A DNA stretch of 62,969 nucleotides, counting the filler, from Neolecta irregularis DAH-3 (lineage: Eukaryota): assembly GCA_001929475.1 (NCBI GenBank). It is 14 parts of 14 records of this genome, joined end to end, with 100 filler letters (N's around TTAATTAATTAA, not from the genome) between each part and the next. Parts side by side here need not be neighbours in the genome. Positions count along the whole stretch, not along the records: positions 34,800 to 49,132 come from LXFE01000444.1; positions 49,233 to 50,953 come from LXFE01000445.1; 12 more parts are not named here. The stretch is one strand, 5' to 3'. The notes below the pieces were generated by a model that saw only the letters and a list, made by a program, of their open reading frames with translations, searched no databases and had not been told where the DNA came from. The number at the start of each line of letters is the position of its first letter. Within the stretch, counting starts at the first letter, position 1. Made by a program: the position numbers and the translations under genes. Positions 37,411 through 49,682 of the stretch are shown piece after piece.

Positions 37411-38145
37411 AAATTCCATGAAGTTTGGCGCGCACCGAAACAACTTATTTTTACAAAATCACCACGAATTTCATGAAATTCAAAAAAACCGGGTTTCTCT
37501 GATGCAAAATTGAAACTTCTGCAAGTCCACCCATCGGTACTATCCATCTCGATACCTTAATTCATGTCGACAAAACTTAAAAACTTGAAAATGGTTGATG
37601 AATGGCCTTATCCATCTGAACCTCGAGTGACTGGGATTTCAGACAAATTCATGAGATACTATCAATGGTCGTCAACAGCTCATCCCACTTCCTCAACAAC
37701 CTGCTGATATCGATGCCTGGGCTATGAGGGCTAGAGATTGGAGATCGATATACCAAATGATTTGGTGTAGTTCCTGGTTGTATTGAGCACATGGTCCTTG
37801 TCGAATTGCTCAAATGTATTCACGTTGTTGATGATTCAAAACCTCTGTATATTCCATTGGATATACCGAATTTGTTAACTTGTAAGCACATGAGCACAAA
37901 CAAAAAGCATGGTAAAATATGCCGGTGCTATCATATACGGTTAGCAGCATAAATAATAAAACATAACGAGATATCCCTGTATTTAATATGACCACAACCA
38001 TGTAAAAAGTGCAGTTTATTAACATATCTATCAATTGGTCTAGAGTATATATAGTAAAAGACTTGCTTGTGCTTGAAATTCTCTCTGTTCCCATGTGGCA
38101 TTCGATACGATGAAGAGAATTAGCAAATCATTTCAAATCTACAAG

Positions 38146-39971
38146 TCAATGGCAAGCGTATGAATCGTACGCCGCATCCCTAGGATACACGTTTACATGA
38201 CAATGGCCATCTGCAAGGAGAAGATGTTCCTTGAATTCATAGGGAGCATTCGGATCAACAAGTTTGGCATCAAAACATAAAACCCAGTAAGCCAATGTCA
38301 GCCGAAGTTCTGCTTGCACAAGTCTAAAACAAAGTCAGTGAGAGTTAGCAAGGGCAAGGTTGCCATACGTTTGTCCAATGCAAGCATGAACGCCCACGGA
38401 AAAAGGTAGGTGTACTGTTTTTCCCATTGTTTGATCCAGATGAAAGCCGGGATCCAACCACCTTTCTGGCATGAATACGTCTGGATTTGTGAAATATCTA
38501 TCATCGTGATAGATGCTCCAATTCGGTACAATGACAGAAGTGTCTTTCGGGATGATATGGCCTCCTACTTCAACATCGTCCAATGCGCATCGCGGGGACA
38601 TTAAAAGTACAGGTGGCATCAATCGGGATGTTTCCCTGATCACCGCATTTAGATATTCAAGTTCTGCGAGTTTACCGTTTGTGATTTGATCCGGCGACAA
38701 TATTTCAAGCTCTTTACCAAGTTTATGTAAAACGTGAGGGTGTTTAGCGATCTGAAATATGGCAGAAGTGAGCATTGCTGATGTTGTCAGTTCTGTAATT
38801 AAACTAAAAATAAACCCGCTGTGGAATAGCTCCCAGCAACTCTGGCACATTAGATGAAAACAAAATTTGGATAGTCTTGCATGAATGAATCCAGATTAGC
38901 GATGAGATGCTTTCTTAAAATCCCTGGATCGCTGCTTAAACCATTTACATATTGATAAAGATGTTCAAAGAGATCTGGTTGTTCGTACCCTCGGGAAATG
39001 CGCTCATTCGCTCGATAATTATAGTCCTCGCTCATCAACAATACAAGCACAACATAGGAAGATCACACCTCGAGAATCATTATTCGCTTCTTGAGAAGAG
39101 ATTTCGGGATGAAGCGCTGGATGGGTGCAAGCCATGACAATACAAATCCCTGCCTTGTGAAACATGACGATAGGAAAAAGACCATACATAGCTTCCTAAG
39201 ATCACGCAATTTTCAACAAATCTGGGTAGCGGATGGTGGCCGCCAACCTCGAGCATGCCGTATGATTTTCCAAAGCAGAAAATTCCGAGGATGTCAAACA
39301 CTAGATAACTCAAACATTCTGCCATGTCCTTGAATTTTGTCAAGTATTTATGTGATTGAGGACAATATACCAGTGGTGTTTTTCCGTCATTACCAACTTT
39401 CCTAACAAGGGCACAGAATAGTTTTACCTTCTCGAGGATGTTGTCCTCGATCCCATCAATGGCTTTTTGAGAAAAGCTAGGAGCGACAGCCCGTTTCATT
39501 CGTAAATAGGTAGTCGTATCGCGTTCGGTGGCGAAGCCTTGGATCAACGGATCATCATTTAAACGCTGGAATGCTTTGTCTTTCATGAATTTTGTATCAT
39601 GGCCGCGTGTAGCTTCATGTCAGTCGGTGTGATATACAGGCCACTACCCTGATGGGCATCCTTATGACAAATTGAAAGAGTATTGATACCGACTCGAACG
39701 TGATCGCCTGTACAGCATTTAGCAGGTAATAATGAGGAAAGATATCACACACCGTATTGAGCATGGAGCCTTCTTAAGGATTTATGGCGCTGGCCTTTGT
39801 ACAATAACATGAACGGCCATAACGGGTTGACTTTTGCCCAAAACGGACCAGGAAATGCAGCCAGCGGATGAAGATACACTTGGTAAAAGAGATATATGAA
39901 AGTCACCTATCCCTCTATTAATTATGCCCGTAAATAAGACAAGGTACGAGACTAAGGAAATGGAAAAGCAT
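38146..39971 (-). CDS. Cytochrome P450 (P450-1), 10 exons
   Basis: HPLAAFPGP, ExxR (ETSR), PERW, heme motif FSVGVHACIG. Confidence 0.93.
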
Positions 39972-40531
39972 TGTGCACAATAATTTCGTTTAGAGCTTCC
40001 GCTTGAAACAAGACAAGCAGCAACTTTGGGAGGTTCACGACTATATTCTGATTACCTTGCCCTAGGTTTGAAGAAGGTCGAAGTTGTTCGAAAGTATACA
40101 AAGCCGAAATAGGATAAGCAAGTTGTAAAACAGGAAGTGTCAGAGTTATATTCTTACTGTCTCTGGCTCCAGCTGCCATTTAAAAGAATTTAAATCTAGT
40201 GCCTTCTTTTCTTGCAAGATCGAGCTATTTAAATATGACAAATAAAAGGAAAAGCTAACTAAAGGGAAAAACAAAAAAGTGACCGTTGGTTATGTCAAGT
40301 GCTGTTCAACCGTCTAGCCGACATGGACTGTGTTAGCTCACAGTCCTGTAGGCTTACTACGGCCTGTTGTACGAGGATGATATAGTAATCTTTTGCAGGA
40401 TGTTTTAAAAGGGTCTCTTGTTTGGCTTTTCATTTGGTCAGAATCTAGGTTCTTATAATCGACACGGTTATATCTGTTTCCTATAAGTAGACCTGTAGGT
40501 GCTTGCTTGTAGGACGAGTGAATAATGCTCT

Positions 40532-40727
40532 TGTAAGTTTTGATACTCTGAAGTACAAATAAGACCAGGTTTATAGTACTAGCCTAAGTGTTGTATCTTC
40601 TAGGGAAACACATCTAGCCTAAGTGATGTATCTCATGCTAGGTATTCTAATTACATCAAGTTTATATCAGGCAATAAAGGCCGCAATATCATTCCACGCC
40701 TCTTGCCGTATTGGTAAGGTGTTTAGA
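40532..40727 (+). mobile_element. Solo short LTR with 5-bp TSD GCTCT
   Basis: TGTAAG start; GCTCT at 40527-40531 and 40728-40732; empty-site versions of the host repeat at ~10380 and ~35405. Confidence 0.85.
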
Positions 40728-41572
40728 GCTCTATTCATCCAGCAAAGGAATCTAACGATCTGTTTTCTTGAAGTCATCTAAGTCTGCAAAGATCTACAGC
40801 TGCAGCCTGCATGTTACAGGCCTTATTTGCTGCAAGGTAGGCGGGTTTAGTAGGACAATAGGAAGGATAGGGGAAGAATGATCAGAATAATAGATATATT
40901 GAAGAATATGGGTTTCTATAAGCTTGTACCACTTATATTCATATTGTATCGTATTCGCTAAACATAGCCCTGTTCAGTCTTGCTCTCATATTAGGCCAGG
41001 TACAGGCGTTGAAGTATGGGCCTGGATTAATGACTCAACATTGAAAAATGTTGACCAAAATAACATCAATTAGTACTGGGAAATCCTTACAAATGGCCTA
41101 TCCAGTCTTTCTGTGCTGGGCTAAACTATGTCGATTCTACAAAGACCACTATCCCCGCAATTTCATGTTGCAGCGCCCATGTGCAGGTGCTTGGCAGGGG
41201 GCAATGGAAAGGAGGAGTAGGACGGGTGTGGTGGGGTAGATGTGGAGGAGCGGGGCGAGGGGGAAATCAGTGGGGAGGGAGAGGGAGGCAGGCTGGAGCG
41301 GGGAGTGGGTGACGGCAGGCAGAATAGTCCGTGTGGAGCTGCGGAGGGCATGGAGTGCTGTGTTGGTAGATGGAAGAAGACAAGGGCCAGGAGCAGGTAC
41401 TGAACACATTGTTGTCGAGACTGGGGTCCCCAGACAAATTCAAAATATGCTTCTGACGGTTCTATGATAAAATATTAATAAATACAACTCATTGAAAACA
41501 ATTTACAATAAACATTATGCGAGTTCAAACGCCCAGACAATATCTCAGACACGCAGAGTATTTCCTCACACG

Positions 41573-42451
41573 TCAGACATCTTGCTTTAGTGAATATTTC
41601 TCAACTTTGGTTTCTGATAGAGATTGGTCGCTTAGAGCAGAGGCGACGAGTAAACTTTCTTCGACAGCTTTGAGGGTTCTAGTTCTCTGGGCAGAGGTGA
41701 TTGCAAATACGGCAGAGTAAGCTTTGAATGCCACACCTCCTCCGTATAGCGCCATGCATTCGAGCGCAAGATAACCATAAATGGTGAAGACTAGAGCGTA
41801 TATTCCAGCTCCACAGGCCACCACATTCGCTTCCATTAGATATTCGAGAACACTCCTTGTTGTTTGAAAGTTTTCGAAATTGAGTGGCATTTTCGTCAGC
41901 ATCTTACTGCACAGAATGATGGAGTTAAACTCCATCGTCACAAATGCCACACAGCATGATAGGTTCCACCACTTGCTGATGTCTAAAAGCAAGGGTTTAC
42001 CAGTGCTGAGTGCGAGTATATGCCAGGGAATTGCGCTGCAGACCATGAACTCACCGAAGAGGAATATAACTTTTGAATACTGCCGTTGGCGCTTATCAAA
42101 CAATTGCCTAGGCATACGAGTCCAAGATATTGCCATCTCGAAGCATCCATACAAATTGTGTCCAATAAAAACAATGTTGATAGGAAGTCTGTAATAGCCT
42201 TGAATAATAAAAAGTACTGCAGCAAAAAGGCTCGATATAGCCAGTCCTAGAAAATAGGCTTCATGCGCGAATAATCTGGCAAGTTCTCTTCTTGACCTCA
42301 GCGCTCTACTCATTGGAACCAGCATCTAGAATCTTAAAACAGTGACCTCGGCAAGAAGATATACCACCAATGAACAGTATACCACGAAGATAAACGTGCC
42401 ACTCTGCAGGATCCATCGGTCAGGTGTGTTTACATCAACACCGAATATCAT
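41573..42451 (-). CDS. Orphan 7-transmembrane protein (~279 aa), 2 exons
   Basis: Exon 1 MIFGVDVNTPDRWILQSGTFIFVVYCSLV, 39-nt GT-AG intron, then the 250-aa ORF; seven hydrophobic segments. Confidence 0.75.
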
Positions 42452-42922
42452 TTGGCGAGTGAGTATCTAACCGTGGTGATTCATTAAGCCTCGTGCACCG
42501 GCTCGCCCTAAATAGCCGTTCCAGCCCGCGGCAGTTGAGGCCAAAACTCCGGCGCCCCTCCCGGATCAGGGTCATTGTCCAGATCTGGTTCCGCTCTCCC
42601 AAATCGGGAGAACGGTGGCGTCCTACATGCCGGATCCAGCCTGTACCTTCGAGTGGTAAAGCCAAAACGGGAAACTGAACGCCAAAAGTCCTTGGCCTGG
42701 CCCGGCCCATCCACACCACTGCTTCTAGGCTAGGAGCTCAACAGAAGCTTCAGCGCAATGATAAAGAAAGTTCTTATAAAACAGTTTCAATCAGTGTACT
42801 TGGTGGTATATTATTCAATGATGAAATGATAAAACAATTATAAAACAATAATCGGCTTTTTTTCCCGATGGGAGGAATTGGTTTTTCATCTCCTCATCAC
42901 CTCAAAAATCAAGATACTGCGT

Positions 42923-44770
42923 TCATGGAGACCCGCATTTCAAGGAATGACATTTAACAAAGAGTGGTGGCTTGAACGCGGTCCAGTGATCTCGATTTTC
43001 GTAACAAAACTTTGGGTCCTCTAATTCAGGGCGGAATTGCAAGACGAAGTGTGCGAGGAACAAACGAAGTTCCATATACGCCATACTACAACATCAAATC
43101 CGATCACATGAAAGGGTTACTTACTTGCGTCCCAAGCATCCTCTTGGGCCAAGAGAAAATGGCTGACTGATACGTCAGTAAAGGAGTTTTAAAAGTTCTT
43201 ACAACGCTAACTTTCCAAGAGTTTGATCGCGCTCGAATCCTGGGTCGATCCATCGTTCTGGGATGAAGTTTTCCGGTCTTGTAAAATATCTCGTGTCTCT
43301 AGAAATTGCATACGGAGCAACCGAAACAATGCAATTGGCCGGTATCTTCTGTCCAGCAACGACATTTTCTTGAGAGGACACTCTGGGCAAAGGACCAAGA
43401 CCTGCAGGGTATAATCGCATTGATTCCTCAATCACAGCATTTAAATAAGTTAGACTGACTGTTTTGTGATGTTCGATCTCACACTTTGGGTCAGGGAATC
43501 GTTCAATCAACTCTCGATGAAGCTTTTCGAGAACGTCATGATGAGTTGCAAGTAAATATATCGCACCGTTGAGTACAACTACCGGCGATTAGCTGCAGGG
43601 AAAAGTGAAATGGAAGCGGCGTACTTGAAATCGTGTCACCTCCAGCAACTCTGAATATAATCAATTCGGAAGATCACAGTGGAAGTCACGTACATAAGAA
43701 ACGCACAAGTTGCATATAGTTGGTCACGAACTCCCCGAGCTGCTCTCTTGAGCTTTTCAGGATCTGTGAGGTAGTAGAGGAAATCCTTCCTATCGCTTTG
43801 GTTTGCCATTCGTTTTTTGACCTTACTGACTGATTGCTAAATGTTTTGGAATAGTGTGTGAATATGGAGATACCTCGCCTAGTTGCGTACGTGCTTTCTT
43901 CAGGTGATGCGGTGATAAGCGGAGAAGCGGTAACAGCCCTGGACAAGACAAGAGCTACAAGCTTCAGCAACAGTCTAAGAGAGACAAACCATTCCATTGA
44001 AGTAAGTGTTTCGTTCGATACAACCCATGAGTGGTTTCACCACTCCAACCTCTAGTAATCCAAATGACTTTCCGAAACAAAAGTCGCCAACTATATCAAA
44101 CGTCATGAAAGGTATCCAGTTAGACATATTCTAGATGTGAGGATTATTGCATGCAACACCTACCACAGACAGTTCTCCATTCTTTCCAAACTTTCGAATA
44201 CAATCGCAGAAGGTGTTGACGCTAGCTTTGATATAAATTTCCATGGAATCGAGCGCCTTTGTGGAAAATGCGTTTGCCAGTTGCTTCCTCAACAGGTTGT
44301 GAACAATTGGATCGGTCTCGGTAAAGATATTTGAATATTTCAGGTCGTTGGGAAGAATTCTGTACCCTGCAGCCTTCAGGAAAGTAGAGTCGTTGCCGTA
44401 AATTTCCGAAAAATCAACATTCGTATAATTTTTGAGTCACGAACCTCTTTGCGCTTCAAATTTGCATACCGACAACTCGTTGATTCCGATACGAACGATA
44501 TCGCCTTTCCGTAATTCAGTGGGTAAAGGGAAGAACGGCATTTACCATATTTTTGATGCAGGTGTTTGAATTTCTTGTGTCGTTCGCCTGTGAAGAACTG
44601 GCACAGATGCCAAAATGGGTTTACTTTTGCCCAAAGCGGGCCTGGAAACTTTGAAAGTGGACTTAAACATGTCTGATATACTACCCAAATCAAAGAGACC
44701 AAATGCGTTAGCAACATTTTCAACAATAAAGGGCTGATACTAGAAGCACTATTGTCGAATAAACTTCCAT
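42923..44770 (-). CDS. Cytochrome P450 (P450-2), 11 exons, two non-AG acceptors inferred
   Basis: SPLSKFPGP, AGGDT, ESMR, PERW, FSLGPRGCLG; no stops or frameshifts seen in the exons read. Confidence 0.9.
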
Positions 44771-46039
44771 GTTCAACCGATCATAGAAATCTATAATCAG
44801 ATTATTATCGATGAGGGTGAACGTTGTAATATTAGTCAAGTTGGAAGGATCCAAGGGGTGTGAGGGTTTGCCAGTTTTTAGCAAAAACGAAGCTGGCTAC
44901 TCGTTATCTTATAACCCTGAGTCTCGATTCGAAAGCGCTATCGGGTGATAATAGAACAGGGCTGGACCATGTCGATAAAACCTGTGGTGCGAGATAATCA
45001 TTGGCTCATTTTAAGGGGTATCCCTCCAAGATCTTTTTCTTCACATGCGCCCTACTTCCTACTTGAAGAATACTTGACTGCCGATCTTTGAATGCAACAT
45101 GATGGGACTTTCTATGGTTAGCGTTGATGTTAGTGAAGTATACAGTCTCCCTATTCTTTTCCTGTCGGCTCCGAAACAGGAGTATATTTTCACTCGAGGG
45201 ATCTTCCCAAATTCCCAGTGCCATTGTCTCTATGATATGAATATTGCCTGTTATTTCTATTGAGATACTCTGTGGTTAAAAACTAGTTCAAAGTTTATTA
45301 GTACTTTTTTTCCATGATTGGTACCGTTTATCTCGATTATGATTTTCATGTTACGGGCCCAGAACGAAATCATGATATTTGCTACGTATCCTCTCAGGCG
45401 ATCCCCTGATATTTTGCATTACTTTAGTCTTGGAATCGATAAGAATGAATATAGCCTCTCGACCAGCAATGGAAGAAGGGAGCCTAACCCGGCGGCCCCT
45501 AACCCTAACCATCCGCCCGGCAAGTCCTCTGGTGGGCTGTTCGGCAATTGGGCGATTGGGCGATTGGGCGATTGGGCGATTGGGCGGGTTGGATAAAAGG
45601 AACAGAGGGATAAATGTGTTGCATGTTATATTGTTCAAATTTGGTTTCCAGTCAAAGAGGTTACAATTGTCTGCCGAATGTGAAAATTCTGCCAACCTAT
45701 ATCTCAATGGAGCACTTTTTCACCCCACTGGAGGTGAGATTTCATCTTGGCACAGATTTCATCTTTATCATCACCATCTTCATTACCAACTACATAATAT
45801 TTACCAATTTCAACTGGGTCACAGAAAAGTGGCACACCTGCAGATGCTGGAGGATCAAAGACAAGTATTCTAAATAAGAAGACAAAGGTGACAAGGCTGG
45901 TGGCAATTTCACAGTATGAGCAGCTTGTGCCAGTTAACAAGAACTCCAAGATAAAAATATAATGTAATAATTAAGGTGGAGGGTGGAGGTTGGGAAAGGT
46001 AAAGTAGTCAATTTTACATTTGGAGTGGTTACGGAAATG

Positions 46040-46223
46040 TGTAAGCTGCATGCTTAGAAGTACGATAAGACCAAGTGTTATAACTGGCCTAAGTAGACGT
46101 ACTTGGCTAAGTATTTCCCCGTTCCCGTCCCTATATACTATTTACATCAAGCCTCATCAGCCGCCCTACCGTTTCCGTCATTTCCGTCTTTGGTAAGGAT
46201 ATACTCGAGTGTATATCCTTACA
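46040..46223 (+). mobile_element. Solo short LTR (184 bp) with perfect 5-bp TSD AAATG
   Basis: TGTAAG...CTTACA; AAATG at 46035-46039 and 46224-46228. Confidence 0.92.
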
Positions 46224-46714
46224 AAATGTGTCTAACTATGGGGACTCGGAGTTTCCGATACTAGCACAAATCCCCAGGTCGCCACAATCACCACCCAACC
46301 TTTGGCAATTGTTCAGTATCACCTGCGCAAGCTGAATCTCATCGCCCACTACAGCTGCGCCCAGCTGGGGGTGCTGCAGACACCCTCGCAGGACCCGCGC
46401 CTTAGAGACATTGTCCCGCCTGCCATGCTGTATCCTGACGTCCGGAGACGGAGTGGGGGATAGTCTGGAGGTGGGCGTAGCGAGCGAGGAGGGTAATGGC
46501 GGTGCTCTCGCCGCCGGGGATGATGAGTGTGTTGCAGCGGGCGAGGTGGAAGGTGGCAGTGTGGGCAAGACGGTTGAGCCAAATTTTATTAAATATGGAG
46601 GGCACCAAACGCGCGCCTAAACTTTGGATTTCATGAAAAGTCACCTTTTATAAAATGTGGAGCGCACCAAACGAGCTCCTAAAATTTTAAAATTTTAAAA
46701 GTCACATTTTAATA

Positions 46715-46850
46715 AGGTTTAGATCGATTAGACCGGTCTATGGGCTGTTTAGACTGACCAGACCAAGGCATCCAGTGGTCCAGACCGACTAGACCAAGGG
46801 TCTTGGTCGGTCTGGTCTGGTCGGTCTGGTCCAGTCGATTAGGAACGCTG
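46715..46850 (-). mobile_element. CAGCGTTCCTA-family element end with GACC/GGTC arrays
   Basis: Inverted copy of 61679-61785. Confidence 0.75.
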
Positions 46851-47016
46851 GACCAGCCCGCCCGTCGGAGGCTTTCCGACGGCGGCGGGCGGGCGGTTGG
46901 ACAAACTGGTTGATATCTGATACCTTGCTCAAATTCCGAATTTGATAACTATATGGTACATATAAATGGAAAATAAACAATCAATCGTGTATTGATTTTG
47001 TCATTCAATACTGGAT

Positions 47017-48852
47017 TTATGCAGAATCTTCTTTCAAAGGACGACATTTAACCATCACCGATGGCTTGAACGATAACACGCGATCTTGAACTCCGTAATG
47101 ATATTTTGGGTCCTCCAATTCAGGTCGGAATTGCAAGACGAAATTTGCGAGGAACAAACGAATTTCGATATATGCCATACTAATTCATCAGGCTTGACCC
47201 AAAAAAATGGCTGTTTACTTGCGTCCCAAGCATCTTCTCGGGCCAAGAGAGAATGGTTGACTGATACGTCAACTAGCAGACATTTCAAACTCTTACAACA
47301 CTAGCTTTCCAAGAGTTTGATCGCGCTCGAATCCTGAGTCGATCCATCGTTCTGGGATGAAGTTTTCCGGTTTCGTAAAATATCTTGGGTCTCTAGAAAT
47401 TGCATACGGAGCAACCGAAACAATGCAATGGGGCGGTATCTTTTGTGCAGCAACAACAGTTTCTTGAGAGGATACTCTGGGTAAAGGACCAACAATTGGA
47501 GGATGTAATCTCATTGATTCGTCAATTACGGCATTCAAATAAGGTAGATCTGCCAATTTGTGATGTTCGATCTCACACTTTGGGTCAGGGAATCGTTCAG
47601 TCAACTCTCGATGAAGCTTCTCGTAAACGTTATTATGAGCAGCAAGCAAATATATCGCCCCGTTGAGAACAACTATTGGTGATTAACTGCAGGGCAAGAT
47701 TAAATGGAAGCAGTGTACTTGAAGTCGTCTCACCTCCAGCAACTCTGAATGTGATTAATTCCAGTCCTGAATTGAAGTCACATACATTAGAACAACACAG
47801 GTTGAAACCAATCGATCACGAAAATCTTGAGGTGCTTTCTTGAGCCTTTCAGAATCCGAGAGGTAGTAGAAGAAATCATTCCTATCGCTTTTGTTTTCAA
47901 TTCGTTCGTTTATCATTTCCGTCGATTGCTAAATGTCAATGTCGTATGCAAATGGAAAGGAAACATTGATAAGCTGCATATGTGCTTCCTTTATATGCTT
48001 TGGTGACAAGTAGTGCAGTGGTAGCAATGCTGGACAAACCATTATCTAAGTTTCAGCAACAGCCTATGGGCTATGAGAGATAATGCCATTCCACCAAAGT
48101 AGATATTATTCTCGATACAAGTGATCAGTGGCTTCATCATCCCATCCTCTTGAAATCCAAATGACTTTCCGAAACAAAGGTCCCCAAGAATATCAAATGC
48201 CAGGAAATATGTCCAGTCGGACATATTCTAGATGTAAGAATTATGGCGTGTAACATATACCAGTGCCAGTTCTCCATTCTTTCCAAACTTTCGAATACAA
48301 TCGCAAAAGGTGTTGATGTTGGCTCTGATATAAACTTGCATGGAATCGAGCGCCTTTGTGGAGAATGCGCTTGCGAGTTGCTTTTTCAACATGTTGTGAA
48401 CAATTGGATCGGTCTCACTGAAGACAGTAGAATATTTCAATTCATTGGGAATTGCCCTGTATGATGCAGTCTTGAGGAAATGAGAACCGTGACCGTAGAT
48501 CGCTTAAGATCAACATTGATATTATTGAGCAGCACCTTCTAGTGCTTCGACATTGCATACTGACAGCTCGTTGATTCCAATTCGAACGATATCGCCTTTA
48601 TTCAGTGGGTAAAGGGACGAACAGCATTTACCATATTTTTGATGCAAATGCTTGAATTTCTTGTGTCGAACACCAGTGAGGTACTGGTACAAAGGCCAAA
48701 GTGGGTTTACTTTTGCCAAAAACGGGCCTGGAAACTTTGAAAGTGGGCTCAAACATGTCTGATATACAACCCAACTCAAAGATACCAAATGCGTTAGCCA
48801 CATGTGTAACAACAAAGGCTGATACTAGAATTATTATTGAAACAATGTTCAT
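47017..48852 (-). CDS. Cytochrome P450 (P450-3), close paralog of P450-2, 11 exons
   Basis: AGGETT, ESMR, PERW, FSLGPRRCLG; same intron positions as P450-2; alternative start at 48879. Confidence 0.92.
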
Positions 48853-49682
48853 ATTCGATTGATCTAGGAAAGTAATCATCAGATTGTATCAAAGGCTGAG
48901 AGGGTTAGGTTCGAATATTGTAATTGGAAAGGGGCGATGGTTCGAAGGATGTGAAAAGCAAAACCGGTTCTGGTTATCTTATTCTTACGACTCTCGGAGC
49001 TTTGGGAACGCTTCTTTATAGGGGTGAATAAAGCCGATTAGACCTGTTGTGCGTGGTAAATCATTGGCTCACAGTGTGTCCAACCGCCCGCCCGCCGGCG
49101 GGTCTCCGGCGGGCGGGCGGGTCAATACAATCNNNNNNNNNNNNNNNNNNNNNNNNNNNNNNNNNNNNNNNNNNNNTTAATTAATTAANNNNNNNNNNNN
49201 NNNNNNNNNNNNNNNNNNNNNNNNNNNNNNNNTGAGCGGGAGAGGTGGCAGTTTGACGCAGATTCACAAATTAAGTGGTGTCCTATGTTTATCGGCTGTA
49301 GTAGACTTGGTTTGCATGGTCAACAATGAACACTCACAGGCCCTGCCCACCTCACCCGTTCCTTCTCCACCTCCCCTTCCTCATCCTTTGTCGCCCTGCT
49401 CTCTCACCTATAATCGCCTGCCTTCCTCGCCTACTATCGCCCCACCATCTTGCTCATTACTGCTCCCCCTCCCCCTCCTCGCCCCTCACCCTTTATCTCC
49501 CCGCCCTCTGACCCGTTATCGCCTGCTATCGTCCACCCACCTCGCCCGTTACTGCTCCCCCTCCCCATCCTCGCCCTTGATCTCCCCGCCCTCTCACCCA
49601 TTATCGCCTGCCCTCCTCGCCTGCTATTGCTGTTATCACCCATTCTCAACTGTACCAAACATACCTTATTTCGCACTATGAT

